59,563 nucleotides of DNA, taken from NCBI GenBank assembly GCA_003141835.1, contig PLNR01000008.1, positions 1 to 59,563 on the forward strand. The letters run 5' to 3'. How positions within the stretch are numbered: the stretch's first letter is position 1; each line of letters opens with the position of its first letter. Below the pieces are notes generated by a model, which saw nothing but the letters and a program-made list of their open reading frames with translations, searched no databases and was not told the origin of the DNA. Below are positions 27,155 through 36,719 of this stretch, piece after piece. Source of the DNA: Candidatus Omnitrophota bacterium (GTDB taxonomy: Bacteria > Omnitrophota > Gorgyraeia > Pluralincolimonadales > Pluralincolimonadaceae). Both the position numbers and the translations under genes were made by a program.

Positions 27155-28693
27155 ATGGCAAAAACGATAATGGTTTGCGGGACGGGCTCCGGTGTCGGTA
27201 AAAGCGTAATTACCGCCGGACTATGCCGCATATTCTACGAAGACGGGTTTAAGGTGGCGCCGTTTAAGTCCCAGAATATGGCGCTGAATTCCTACGTCAC
27301 GAGGAACGGAAGGGAAATGGCAAGGGCCCAGGCCTTTCAGGCAAGGTGCTGCAATATAGAGCCCGCATCCGATATGAACCCGATATTGATCAAACCGATA
27401 ATGGACACAAGGGCCCAGATCATCGTCAACGGCAAGGCGATCGGCAATTATGATGTCCAGGGCTACGATGAATATAAAAGCCGCGCTTTTGAAACCGCCA
27501 AAAGCGCTTTCAAAAGACTGCAGAAGGATTACGAGATAATCGTGATGGAAGGCGCGGGAAGTCCGGCCGAGATAAATTTGAAGAATGACATCGCTAATTT
27601 GAAGATGGCATCTTTCGCAAAAGCACCTGTCATACTGGCCGGTGATATTGATAACGGAGGGGTCTTTGCCTGGCTTGTCGGGACAATTGGATTATTGAGT
27701 AAGACGGAACGAAAACAAATAAAGGGTCTTATAATCAATAAATTCAGGGGGGATTATAAAATATTGGAACCGGGCCTAAAATTTATAGCCGAGAGAACAG
27801 GGGTTCCTGTTCTCGGGGTGATCCCGTTTATCCATAATATGAAGATCGAAGAAGAGGATTCTGTCCCGAAAAATTTATTTCTAAAAAGACCGGTCAGGCC
27901 AAAAAAACAAATAACCGTTAAGGTCCTCTGTTTGCCTCACATCTCAAATTTTACTGATTTCGACTGCTTCGATTCAGAAGCAGATGTCGATTTGGAATAT
28001 GTGAAATTCGGGGAAAAGCTGGGTTCTCCGGATATCCTTATCATCCCGGGCACTAAGCATACGATAGGCGACCTGGCAAATTTGAAAGAATTCGGCTATG
28101 CCGGACCTATAAAGAAGCTTGCCATAAACGGGACACTTATCGTGGGGCTTTGCGGAGGTTATCAGATATTAGGCAAGGAGATTCGCGATTGGCACGGATA
28201 TGAGTCGGAAAACAACTATGCCAGCGGCCTGGGGTTGCTCGATGTAACGACTGAATTTAAACCTAAAAAGATAGTCTCCCAGGTTGAAGCCGAGCCGGTA
28301 GCGGGCTCGGCTGATTTTTTGAGAAAGGGGCAAAAATTCCACGGTTATGAGATCCATATGGGAAGGACATGTTATTTAAGCGGATCGGCAAGGCCTCTCT
28401 TTAAACTGAAAAGGATAAACTCGGCAGGGGGCGGGAGATATATTTTAGACGGGGCTATAAATAAGGGAGGTAACGTGATCGGTACCTATATTCACGGCAT
28501 ATTTGATAACCCATATTTCAGAAACGCGCTTTTGAACCGGATAAGGAAGGCAAAAGGCATTAAGGCCGGTTACTCCGGCCGCCCGGATGCTTCAGGAGAG
28601 GAGATCTCGAGATTAGCGGGGACATTAAGAGAGAATTTAGACATAGGGGCAATTTATAAAATTTTAGGTTTAGGGGCGAAATGTCAAACTTAA
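27155..28693 (+). CDS. cobQ: Cobyric acid synthase
   Basis: Trimmed to ATG 27155, because the ORF-track start lies inside the terminator. VCGTGSGVGKS P-loop and a C-terminal GATase domain (GLCGGYQILG). Confidence 0.92.
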   Translation: MAKTIMVCGTGSGVGKSVITAGLCRIFYEDGFKVAPFKSQNMALNSYVTRNGREMARAQAFQARCCNIEPASDMNPILIKPIMDTRAQIIVNGKAIGNYDVQGYDEYKSRAFETAKSAFKRLQKDYEIIVMEGAGSPAEINLKNDIANLKMASFAKAPVILAGDIDNGGVFAWLVGTIGLLSKTERKQIKGLIINKFRGDYKILEPGLKFIAERTGVPVLGVIPFIHNMKIEEEDSVPKNLFLKRPVRPKKQITVKVLCLPHISNFTDFDCFDSEADVDLEYVKFGEKLGSPDILIIPGTKHTIGDLANLKEFGYAGPIKKLAINGTLIVGLCGGYQILGKEIRDWHGYESENNYASGLGLLDVTTEFKPKKIVSQVEAEPVAGSADFLRKGQKFHGYEIHMGRTCYLSGSARPLFKLKRINSAGGGRYILDGAINKGGNVIGTYIHGIFDNPYFRNALLNRIRKAKGIKAGYSGRPDASGEEISRLAGTLRENLDIGAIYKILGLGAKCQT

Positions 28694-29199
28694 TTTTGAT
28701 AACGGGTGGCGTAAGGTCCGGCAAGTCAGGTTATGCGCAAACGATCGCCGCGGCATCAGGCGCGAAGGTCTTCTATATAGCGACAGCGGAAGCGCTGGAC
28801 GGCGATATGTATAAAAGGATAGCCTCCCACAAAAAGTCCCGCTCCAAGTCCTGGGTCACCGTAGAAGAGCCGATCCATCTCGTTAAAGCGATCGATTCAT
28901 TGCCTTCAGGGGATATTACCGTTCTTCTCGATTGCCTCACGCTTTTCATCTCAAATCTTATCCACAAAGGCCTGACTGACGCGCAGGTATATTCTGAAAT
29001 CAAGAAAATAATCAGGGCGCTTAGAAAGAAGGCCGCTCTTTCCATAATCGTGACTAACGAAGTCGGGAGCGGCATTGTCCCTGAGAATAGGCTCTCCCGG
29101 AGGTTCCGGGACCTGCAGGGGCGAGTAAACCAGATGACTGCTAAGGAGGCAGACAGGGTATGTCTATTAGTGTCAGGAATACCGGTACAGATAAAGTAA
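28681..29199 (+). CDS. cobU: Adenosylcobinamide kinase / adenosylcobinamide-phosphate guanylyltransferase
   Basis: ILITGGVRSGKSGYAQ P-loop. 172 aa. Confidence 0.92.
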   Translation: MSNLILITGGVRSGKSGYAQTIAAASGAKVFYIATAEALDGDMYKRIASHKKSRSKSWVTVEEPIHLVKAIDSLPSGDITVLLDCLTLFISNLIHKGLTDAQVYSEIKKIIRALRKKAALSIIVTNEVGSGIVPENRLSRRFRDLQGRVNQMTAKEADRVCLLVSGIPVQIK

Positions 29200-30257
29200 A
29201 GATCGACGAAACCATAAAGGCGATCGAGCCTGTGGACGCAGGCTATTACGCTAAAGCGCAGGCCAGGCTCGATACCCTGACGAAGCCGAAGGGAAGCCTG
29301 GGGCGGCTTGAGGAGATAGCAGCGCGCGTCGTCGCGATATCCAGGAACCTGAAACCCTCGGTAAAGAATAAAGTGATATTCACGATGGCCGGCGACCACG
29401 GGGTCTGCGATGAGGGCGTAAGCGCCTATCCCCAGGAAGTCACCCCCCAGATGGTGTACAACTTCCTGAGGGGCGGAGCCGGGATAAATGTCCTGGCCAG
29501 GAATGTCGGCGCCGAGGTCATCGTTGTCGATATGGGCGTGAAAGAAAAGATAAAAGCCGATAAGGCGAATAATTTCAGGGATAAAAAAGTGGCTCTCGGG
29601 ACGAAGAACTTTGCGAAGGAACCGGCGATGACAAGGGAAGAGGCGTTAAAGTCCGTCCTTGGCGGGATAGAAGTCTTCAATGAGGCGTATGCCGGGCAAA
29701 AGATCGAGCTCGCAGGCGTCGGGGATATGGGAATAGGGAACACCACCCCGTCAAGCGCGATAGTCGCCGCCGTAACAGGTGAAGATATTGCTTTGGTGAC
29801 CGGAAGGGGGACAGGCATAGACGATACCTCTTATGCACGTAAGATCGATGCCATAAAGAAGGGCTTGTCTTTGCATAAGCCGGACCCGAAAGACCCCATT
29901 GATGTACTTTCCAAAGTGGGCGGATTCGAGATAGGCGGGATCGCAGGCGTGATATTGGCCGCCGCATCAAAGAAGGTGCCTGTCGTCGTAGACGGGTTCA
30001 TAGCTTCCTGCGGCGCCCTGATAGCGTTTGAAATGTGTCCCGCGGTAAAAGATTATATGTTCTTCGCGCACCAATCGGTCGAAGCGGGGCAGTTGGCTAT
30101 TTTAAGGCGCATTGGTCACAGGCCATTACTAAATCTTGATATGCGGCTAGGGGAAGGGACAGGCGCTGCGCTCGCGATGGGTATAATCGATGCGTCTGTG
30201 AAGGTGTTAAACGAAATGGCGACGTTTGGCGAAGCGGGGGTTTCCGAAGAGGCATGA
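29160..30257 (+). CDS. cobT: Nicotinate-nucleotide--dimethylbenzimidazole phosphoribosyltransferase
   Basis: LDTLTKPKGSLGRLEEIA, GVGDMGIGNTT and RLGEGTGAALA. 40-nt overlap with cobU (the only in-frame start). Confidence 0.92.
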   Translation: MSISVRNTGTDKVKIDETIKAIEPVDAGYYAKAQARLDTLTKPKGSLGRLEEIAARVVAISRNLKPSVKNKVIFTMAGDHGVCDEGVSAYPQEVTPQMVYNFLRGGAGINVLARNVGAEVIVVDMGVKEKIKADKANNFRDKKVALGTKNFAKEPAMTREEALKSVLGGIEVFNEAYAGQKIELAGVGDMGIGNTTPSSAIVAAVTGEDIALVTGRGTGIDDTSYARKIDAIKKGLSLHKPDPKDPIDVLSKVGGFEIGGIAGVILAAASKKVPVVVDGFIASCGALIAFEMCPAVKDYMFFAHQSVEAGQLAILRRIGHRPLLNLDMRLGEGTGAALAMGIIDASVKVLNEMATFGEAGVSEEA

Positions 30258-30991
30258 GACGACTACTGGTTGCGCTGCAATTCTTGACGTCTATACCCGT
30301 AAAGGTGAAAGGCGAAATAACCGATAAAGACCTTGCCGGCTCGATGGCGTATTTTCCGCTGGTCGGGCTTTTAGCCGGCGCTCTTCTCGCGTTGTCATAT
30401 AAAATCCTGGTCCCATTCCTGCCGCACGCGGCCGTCTGCGCTTTTATAATGATAATAAATGTCGTTATATGCGGCGGGCTCCACATAGACGGCTTCATAG
30501 ATACCTTCGACGCGATAGCCAGCGGCGGCGACAGGAAGAGGATGCTGGAGATAATGAAAGAGGGCAGGCCCGGCGCCGTAGGGATGGCGTCAGTAGTCCT
30601 GTTGTTTATCGCGGAATACTCGCTCCTCGTTTCGCTTCCCGGGAAGGCGGTTGCATTCTCCTTGATAGCGATGGCGGTTTTAAGCAGGACATCGTTCGTA
30701 ATTTCAAGTGCGCTCTATCCTTATGCCAGGGAGACCGAAGGGCTGGGAAAGAAATTCGCCGGATGCCTGTCGAAGAGAGATGTCGTGGCGGCACTACTCA
30801 CCGCAATAGTTATCTTTTCTCTTATATACAGGTTAAAGGCGTTTGTATTTATTCCGGCTGCGTTTTGCGTAATTTTGGCGTTTAACAGTTATTTTTTCAG
30901 GAAATTCGGCGGGGTAACAGGGGACACGATGGGCGCGTTGGGCGAGATAATGGAGGTCACGGCGCTCGCGCTTGCCGTGGCATTGATATGA
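30254..30991 (+). CDS. cobS: Adenosylcobinamide-GDP ribazoletransferase (cobalamin synthase)
   Basis: Polytopic membrane protein. LQFLTSIPV, HIDGFIDTFDA and GGVTGDTMGA motifs. Confidence 0.92.
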   Translation: MRRLLVALQFLTSIPVKVKGEITDKDLAGSMAYFPLVGLLAGALLALSYKILVPFLPHAAVCAFIMIINVVICGGLHIDGFIDTFDAIASGGDRKRMLEIMKEGRPGAVGMASVVLLFIAEYSLLVSLPGKAVAFSLIAMAVLSRTSFVISSALYPYARETEGLGKKFAGCLSKRDVVAALLTAIVIFSLIYRLKAFVFIPAAFCVILAFNSYFFRKFGGVTGDTMGALGEIMEVTALALAVALI

Positions 30992-31818
30992 GGAAGATCA
31001 TTATCATAGCGTTCATGTTTTTTTCTATTTGCCAACGCCTGGACGCGCGCCAGATGAGGATCATCTCCATTGCGCCTGCCACTACCGAGATCGCCTGCGC
31101 CCTCGGCCTGGAAGATGATCTCGTCGCGGTCTCTACCTATTGCGATTATCCTCCCGAAGTAAAAAATAAGGAGAAGGCAGGTTCATTCAGCGAGCCCAAT
31201 ATAGAGAAGATACTCGTCCTTAAGCCTGACATCATCCTCGCCACAGGCCTGGAACAGGCGCAGGCCGTAGGGAAATTGAAAGCATTAGGGCTTAGGGTAA
31301 TGGTCTCAGACCCGAAGAATTTCCCGGAACTCTATGATTCGATCCTTGCTATAGGCAAAGCGTGCGGAAAAGATAACGAAGCCGCTTCATTGATAAATAA
31401 AATGAAAAAGACCATAGCTGCCGTCTCGGCAAAGGTAGCGCTGATAGCGCCGGATAAGAGGCCGAAGGTATATTTCGAGATCTGGCACGATCCTATCATG
31501 ACCGCGGGCAAAGGATCCTTTATAGATGAGATGATAACTATTGCCGGAGGGGTCAATATAACTTCCGACGCTCCGAGGCCGTTCTCACAGTTCAGCCCTG
31601 AACTGATCGTCAAGCGGGACCCGGACGTGATAATACTCGGTTATATGGTAAAGGGAGAAGGCGCGGCCGAGTCGCTCTCGAAGAGGTTCGGATGGGATAA
31701 GATCAGGGCAATAAAGCAAAACAGGGTCTATGACGATATCGAGACGGATATGCTCTTCAGGCCCGGGCCGCGGCTTGCGGATGCAGTCGTCCATTTAAAC
31801 GAGAGGTTTTACAAATAG
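30988..31818 (+). CDS. btuF: Periplasmic cobalamin/siderophore-type ABC substrate-binding protein (BtuF-like)
   Basis: Signal peptide, then RIISIAPATTEIACALGLEDDLVAVSTYCDYP. Riboswitch-controlled operon context. Confidence 0.8.
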   Translation: MRKIIIIAFMFFSICQRLDARQMRIISIAPATTEIACALGLEDDLVAVSTYCDYPPEVKNKEKAGSFSEPNIEKILVLKPDIILATGLEQAQAVGKLKALGLRVMVSDPKNFPELYDSILAIGKACGKDNEAASLINKMKKTIAAVSAKVALIAPDKRPKVYFEIWHDPIMTAGKGSFIDEMITIAGGVNITSDAPRPFSQFSPELIVKRDPDVIILGYMVKGEGAAESLSKRFGWDKIRAIKQNRVYDDIETDMLFRPGPRLADAVVHLNERFYK

Positions 31819-31821
31819 CCG

Positions 31822-32826
31822 ATGCAAGTGCGTGAGGCGTCACAGATATCAAGAAAGAGGGGGCGCAAGGCCTTCATTATCGCGGCAGCGATATTAGTCA
31901 TGGTCGCCGCGGTCTCGGTCTATTTCGGGGCTGCAAAAATCGGCCTTTTATCAGCCCTTACCGATATGGACAAACGCATACTCGGCCTCAGGGCGGGGAG
32001 GATATTGCTCGCCTTGACCGTAGGCGGCGGGCTGTCGGTAGCAGGCGTGATATTGCAGGGGCTTATGCGCAATCCTTTATGCGAACCGTATGTCCTCGGC
32101 ATCTCGAGCGGCGCGGCGCTTGGCGCGGTGATCTCGACGATCGTGTTAGGCGTACAGAGCTTCCTGGGTTTAAGCGCTCTTCCTATATGGGCTTTCCTGG
32201 GAGCGGTGGCCGCGTTCATTGTCGTATACAGGATATCCGAGGTCAACGGGAGGATACCGATACAGAACCTCTTATTGACCGGCGTCATCGTCGGAGCCGT
32301 GCTTTCGTCTGTCGTGATCTTCCTCGTATCGTTCTCGGATAAAGAATACCTGCACACCGTAATGTGGTGGCTGCTCGGCAACCTCCAGATATTCGACATG
32401 AAATTACTTTTGTCTGTGATGGTAATAGTCATCACGGCGGTCGTCCTCGCGGCGCTTAATTCGAGGGAGCTTAATGCCATCTCGCTCGGGGAAGAAGAGG
32501 CGGCGCATCTCGGTGTCGATATCGAGAAAACTAAGAAACGGTTATTCATCATAGCGTCGGTCATCACAGGCGCAGCGGTATCAGCGGCTGGAATGATCGG
32601 TTTCGTCGGGCTGATAGTGCCGCATTTCGTCAGGTTATTGATAGGCGCCAACCATAGGGCCGTTATCCCGGTATCGTTTATCGCCGGAGGCGCGTTCCTT
32701 ATTTTTTGCGACTTTATAGCGAGGATGGTAATGGTCCCGGCCGAGGTGCCTGTCGGTGTCATAACGGCTTTATGCGGCGGGCCGTTCTTTTTGTACTTAT
32801 TGAGGAAAAGGTCGAGGATCAGATGA
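31822..32826 (+). CDS. btuC: FecCD-family ABC permease (BtuC-like)
   Basis: 334 aa with about 9-10 TM helices. GISSGAALGAV and GMIGFVGLIVPH motifs. Confidence 0.85.
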   Translation: MQVREASQISRKRGRKAFIIAAAILVMVAAVSVYFGAAKIGLLSALTDMDKRILGLRAGRILLALTVGGGLSVAGVILQGLMRNPLCEPYVLGISSGAALGAVISTIVLGVQSFLGLSALPIWAFLGAVAAFIVVYRISEVNGRIPIQNLLLTGVIVGAVLSSVVIFLVSFSDKEYLHTVMWWLLGNLQIFDMKLLLSVMVIVITAVVLAALNSRELNAISLGEEEAAHLGVDIEKTKKRLFIIASVITGAAVSAAGMIGFVGLIVPHFVRLLIGANHRAVIPVSFIAGGAFLIFCDFIARMVMVPAEVPVGVITALCGGPFFLYLLRKRSRIR

Positions 32827-33626
32827 CGCTTCTTAATGCCGAGTCGGTGACAGGCGGTTATGGTAGAGAAGTAGTTATTAAAGATATTTCCTTCTCTACC
32901 ACAAGCGGCAGTTTCGTCGGGATAATCGGCCCGAACGGCGCGGGAAAGACGACGTTCTTGAGGATGTTAAGCCGTGTCCTGCATCCGGCCTCCGGCAGGA
33001 TAACCGTTGACGGCAAAGACATATACAAGATGCCGGTAAAGGAGTTCGCCGCGTCAGTGGCGTTCGTCTCCTCCGAATCTGGCGTCATCTTCCCGTTCAC
33101 GTGCCTCGAAATAGTGATGATGGGCAGGTTCCCGTATCTCCATCCCCTGAGGGGCGAATCCGAGAAAGACATCGAGGCTGTCGAGCGCGCGATAGAGATG
33201 ACAGACTGTTCCGGGTTCGTGTCGCGGCAGATAGACCAACTCAGCGCCGGAGAGAGGCAGAGGGTATTCATCGCCAGGGCGCTTGCCCAGGAACCGCGCT
33301 TGATATTCCTCGACGAGCCGACATCGCATCTCGACATATCGCACCAGGTCCAGATACTCGACCTGATAAAGGACCTGAGCGAGCGCGGGAATATAACTAT
33401 CGTCGCGGTCTTCCACGACCTTAATCTGGCGTCGGAATATTGCGACACGCTGATGCTCATGGACGGCGGGCGCATCGCCGCGCTCGGCACGCCGAAAGAA
33501 GTCATCAGTTACGAATTGATAGAGAAGGTATACAAAACCGTCGTTGTCGTCAGGGATAATCCCGTCAGCGGAAAGCCATATGTGCTGCTCGCGCCGAGGA
33601 TAAAAAGGAAAGGGGGCCTGACCTAG
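32823..33626 (+). CDS. btuD: ABC transporter ATP-binding protein (BtuD/FecE-like)
   Basis: Trimmed to ATG 32823 (ATGA overlap). Walker A GPNGAGKTT, signature LSAGERQR, Walker B LIFLDEPTSHLD. Confidence 0.88.
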   Translation: MTLLNAESVTGGYGREVVIKDISFSTTSGSFVGIIGPNGAGKTTFLRMLSRVLHPASGRITVDGKDIYKMPVKEFAASVAFVSSESGVIFPFTCLEIVMMGRFPYLHPLRGESEKDIEAVERAIEMTDCSGFVSRQIDQLSAGERQRVFIARALAQEPRLIFLDEPTSHLDISHQVQILDLIKDLSERGNITIVAVFHDLNLASEYCDTLMLMDGGRIAALGTPKEVISYELIEKVYKTVVVVRDNPVSGKPYVLLAPRIKRKGGLT

Positions 33627-33639
33627 GTATTGCATGGGG

Positions 33640-33830
33640 TTTACCGCACGCAGGCGCTTTGTCTTAATAGGGAAGCCTAAAAAGGCGCGGTTCCTGCCGC
33701 TGTAGTCACGTCCTTTTCGTAAAAGAAAAGGAGACCCTTTTGGCAGTTTATTCCACTGTTCCGGGATTTCGGAATGGGAAGGGGGCCAAACGGGCGGGAC
33801 AGCCAGAAGACCTACCGGCGTGCGTTGTCA
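33640..33830 (+). promoter_or_regulatory. Cobalamin (B12) riboswitch, second copy
   Basis: AATAGGGAAGCC...GCGCGGTTCCTGCCGCTGTAG, CCACTGTTCCGGG...GGGAAGGG, and B12 box ACAGCCAGAAGACCTACCGG. P1 pairs cgcacgc with gcgtgcg. Confidence 0.9.
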
Positions 33831-33884
33831 AGTTCTTAGACTGCCTCAGGGAATTGAGTGAGGTATTATTAAAAGGAGTTTAAG

Positions 33885-35711
33885 ATGGTGTATTTTTCAA
33901 GGATTGTCTTGGTTTTATTGTCTGCGTTCATATTGATCCCGGCGGCCCGAAGCGAGGAACCGGTAAATGTAGAACTTGAAAGGATAGTGGTTACTCCTCT
34001 CGGCACGGAGCAGAGTTACGGCACGGTCTCCCGGGACATGGACATCGTAGATAATTACGACCTTTCGTCGGTCCATTATGAGAATGTCTCCCAGCCGGTC
34101 GGCAGGCTTACTTCAGCCCAATCGATCAGTTACGGGGCGGAAGGCGGCCTCCAAACGATAAGGCTGCGCGGTTCCAGCGCCGAACAGGTGTTGATCATGA
34201 TCGATTCCAGGCCGGTCACCGACTCGAGGACAGGCCAGGCCGAACTCCATTCAATCCCGATCGATTCCGTAGAGAAGATCGAGGTCATCAAGGGCCCGGC
34301 CTCGGCGGTATACGGCTCCAGCGCGATAGGCGGCGTGGTCAACATCATAACAAAAAGCCCTACAAAAAAGCCTAAGACTGTCATAGAATCGAGCTTCGGC
34401 ACCAACCACACGTTCCATGATTCTCTCTCGTCATCCGCGACGATCAAGGACTTCGGCTATTATTTTAATTACTCATACGATTCTACGCGCGGCAACAGGG
34501 ATAACTCGGAATACCGTTCACATAACTGGACGGGAAGGTTTGATTACAAGGTCGGTGAGGATAACAGGATATTTTTTAACACCGGTTATTTCCAGGATAA
34601 AGGCGGGGCGCCCGGGTCTATCTTCTTCCCGACGCTCGACCAGTTCCAGCTCAATTACAAGGACTACTTCGACCTCGGCTGGTCCGCGAAATTATTCGAA
34701 GATAACGAGATAACCCTCAGGGCCTACCAGAATAACGACAAACTCGTCTTCATAAATTCCACAAATCCGTTTTCCAGCGATGCCGCAAGCGGCCGCACGA
34801 GGGGCATGCTGGCCCAGTATTCCCAGAAGTTCTTCGGTTTTTACAAGGTGATCGCGGGATTCGACGGTAAGATGAACGGGGTGGACGGTTCCCTCGCAGG
34901 GAAACACAAGAATGTCGTCCGTTCGCCGTTCGTGCAGAACGAAGTCTCCATAGGCAAAAATATCGAGGTGAATTTCGGGGTGAGGGATGACGATTATTCC
35001 AATTTCAAGGGCACGGTCTCGCCAAGCGCCGGAGCCGCGTTCAAGATAGGCGAATATTCGAAGTTAAGGGTTAATTACGCGAAAGGGTTCCGCGCGCCGA
35101 CGTTCAACGACCTCTATTGGCCGTTCGATGGCTACACGCAGGGTAACCCGAACCTCAGGCCAGAGAAGTCCTGGTCGTGGGAGGGAGGGTTCGACCTCGG
35201 CTATAAGAGCGGCCTGCAATTGAGCGCGACATATTTCACCAATAAATTGAAAGACCTGATAGACTGGGCGCCGGGCACCGATTTCGTATGGAGGCCTTCC
35301 AATATCACGTCGGCGAAGATAGACGGCGTCGAGTTCAAGTCCCTGGTGCCTCTGACAAAAAGCCTGAAATTTGATTTCGGGTACAGTTACCTGAACGCGA
35401 AGGACGTGGACCTCAACAGGTTCCTGATCTACAGGGCGAAGAATAAGTTCGATATGGGGCTTACCCTGGAATACGAGAAGTGGAACGTGAGGTTCTACGG
35501 GGAGTCGCTCGGCAGGAGGTACACCAATACCGCGAACACCGGTTTCCTGAAGAAGTATTTCGTCGCGTACCTCGATGCATCCTATAAGATAAATAATAAT
35601 TTGACTACTTTCGCCGCAATTGATAATATATTCAATAAGAGCTACCAGTCAGTGCTGGGTTACCCGGTGCCTGGTTTCGCGATAAACGGGGGGGTGAGGG
35701 GTGAATTTTAG
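33885..35711 (+). CDS. btuB: TonB-dependent outer-membrane receptor (BtuB-like)
   Basis: Signal peptide, TonB box ERIVVTP, plug motifs IRLRGSS and IEVIKGPASAVYGSSAIGGVVNIIT, and a terminal aromatic residue (...GVRGEF). Confidence 0.88.
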   Translation: MVYFSRIVLVLLSAFILIPAARSEEPVNVELERIVVTPLGTEQSYGTVSRDMDIVDNYDLSSVHYENVSQPVGRLTSAQSISYGAEGGLQTIRLRGSSAEQVLIMIDSRPVTDSRTGQAELHSIPIDSVEKIEVIKGPASAVYGSSAIGGVVNIITKSPTKKPKTVIESSFGTNHTFHDSLSSSATIKDFGYYFNYSYDSTRGNRDNSEYRSHNWTGRFDYKVGEDNRIFFNTGYFQDKGGAPGSIFFPTLDQFQLNYKDYFDLGWSAKLFEDNEITLRAYQNNDKLVFINSTNPFSSDAASGRTRGMLAQYSQKFFGFYKVIAGFDGKMNGVDGSLAGKHKNVVRSPFVQNEVSIGKNIEVNFGVRDDDYSNFKGTVSPSAGAAFKIGEYSKLRVNYAKGFRAPTFNDLYWPFDGYTQGNPNLRPEKSWSWEGGFDLGYKSGLQLSATYFTNKLKDLIDWAPGTDFVWRPSNITSAKIDGVEFKSLVPLTKSLKFDFGYSYLNAKDVDLNRFLIYRAKNKFDMGLTLEYEKWNVRFYGESLGRRYTNTANTGFLKKYFVAYLDASYKINNNLTTFAAIDNIFNKSYQSVLGYPVPGFAINGGVRGEF

Positions 35712-36432
35712 TTACGCGGAAGAAAAAGACAATAAACTTTTAATAGCTTTGATATTCTCCGTCGCCATCCACGTGTTGTTATTATTCAATTGGCCTTTCT
35801 ACCGGCATTTATTCACCGGGAAGATGCGCCCCGCAGATATAGAGGTTACCTACCTTAAAGCCAGGGAACTGCCGGTTGCCAGGCAGCCGGAAGGCTTCTC
35901 CAGGAGGTCGGAACCTTTACCCGAGCTCTCGCCGCCCCAAAAACTCATATCGATAGTGTCTCCCAAGGCTGCCGCGCCGACGAAGAAGGCCGAGGCGGAA
36001 ATCCCGAAGAAAGAGGCTGCTGCGCCGGCTCCGGAGAAAAAAGCGGCAACAGAGCAGTCTTCCAAGATCGTGATAAAACAGCCGCTCATGCCTAAGATCG
36101 AGACGACCGCGTCTGTCGACGCCTCTGTCGTTGCCGGCGGGCTGCGCCTTATACCGCCCTCGTATTCCCAGGTCGTCAGGGACAGGATAATTGATAACAT
36201 AGATACCAGGAGGACGGGCGGGGAAGGCGACGTTTACGTGCGTTTTATCATCACCTCTTCGGGCGCGCTGAAAGAGGTCAATGTGATCAACGAGAAATCG
36301 AGCGAAGACGGCGTCCTGAGGGCAGCCGCTTTCCAGGCTGTCAAGGATTCCGCGCCTTTCCCGATTTTCCCGGAAAAAGTCAATCTCCCTGAAGTGGCCT
36401 TCACCTGCCAGATCAGTTTTGCCCGCAAGTAG
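35701..36432 (+). CDS. tonB: TonB-family energy transducer
   Basis: GTG start overlaps btuB by 11 nt. N-terminal TM helix, Pro/Lys/Ala/Glu-rich linker, and a C-terminal TonB domain (GDVYVRFIITSSGALKEVNV...). Confidence 0.8.
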   Translation: MNFSYAEEKDNKLLIALIFSVAIHVLLLFNWPFYRHLFTGKMRPADIEVTYLKARELPVARQPEGFSRRSEPLPELSPPQKLISIVSPKAAAPTKKAEAEIPKKEAAAPAPEKKAATEQSSKIVIKQPLMPKIETTASVDASVVAGGLRLIPPSYSQVVRDRIIDNIDTRRTGGEGDVYVRFIITSSGALKEVNVINEKSSEDGVLRAAAFQAVKDSAPFPIFPEKVNLPEVAFTCQISFARK

Positions 36433-36443
36433 GGCAATTTTTC

Positions 36444-36472
36444 TTGACAACTTTATGGCCGTCTGTTATATT
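36444..36472 (+). promoter_or_regulatory. Near-consensus sigma70-type promoter upstream of rpsU
   Basis: TTGACA (36444-36449), a 17-nt spacer, then TATATT (36467-36472). Confidence 0.6.
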
Positions 36473-36508
36473 AAAAAGACCTAAATCCATAAGAAAGGGA
36501 TGATAATA

Positions 36509-36697
36509 ATGCCAATGGTAGAAGTCGGCCAAAACGAGCCTTTGGAAAAGGCCCTGAGGCGGCTTAAGAAGAAGATCGAAAGAGAAGGGATCTTAAAGGC
36601 TATAAGGGCCCGTAAACATTACGAGAAGCCAAGCGTCAAAAAGAAGAGAAAGCAGATGGAGGCGCTCAAGAATAAGAGAAAGAGATTCAGTTTTTAA
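36509..36697 (+). CDS. rpsU: 30S ribosomal protein S21
   Basis: Trimmed to ATG 36509 (MPMVEVGQNEPLEKALRRLKKKIEREGILKAIRARKHYEKPS). AAAGGGA RBS upstream. Confidence 0.92.
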   Translation: MPMVEVGQNEPLEKALRRLKKKIEREGILKAIRARKHYEKPSVKKKRKQMEALKNKRKRFSF

Positions 36698-36719
36698 GCT
36701 CTTTTAAGAGCGTGACATC

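Noticed and set aside
30469-30885. Same-strand alternative-frame ORFs inside genes: 30469-30885 in cobS, 33101-33424 in btuD, 34417-34713 in btuB, 32079-32342, 10567-10785, 46729-46938, 51929-52174, 52936-53133, 53984-54172, 55608-55793, 56681-56929, 58750-58944, 4196-4438, 8912-9124, 21198-21395, 25342-25614.
   Set aside because: All are embedded in well-supported genes, are Arg/Pro/Gly-rich as expected from frame-shifted reading of this codon usage, and have no RBS or recognisable domain.
36698-36711. The 14-nt palindrome gctcttttaagagc after rpsU as a terminator.
   Set aside because: The stem is only 6 bp with an effectively 2-nt loop and no T-tract, and the M16 peptidase gene starts 9 nt later.
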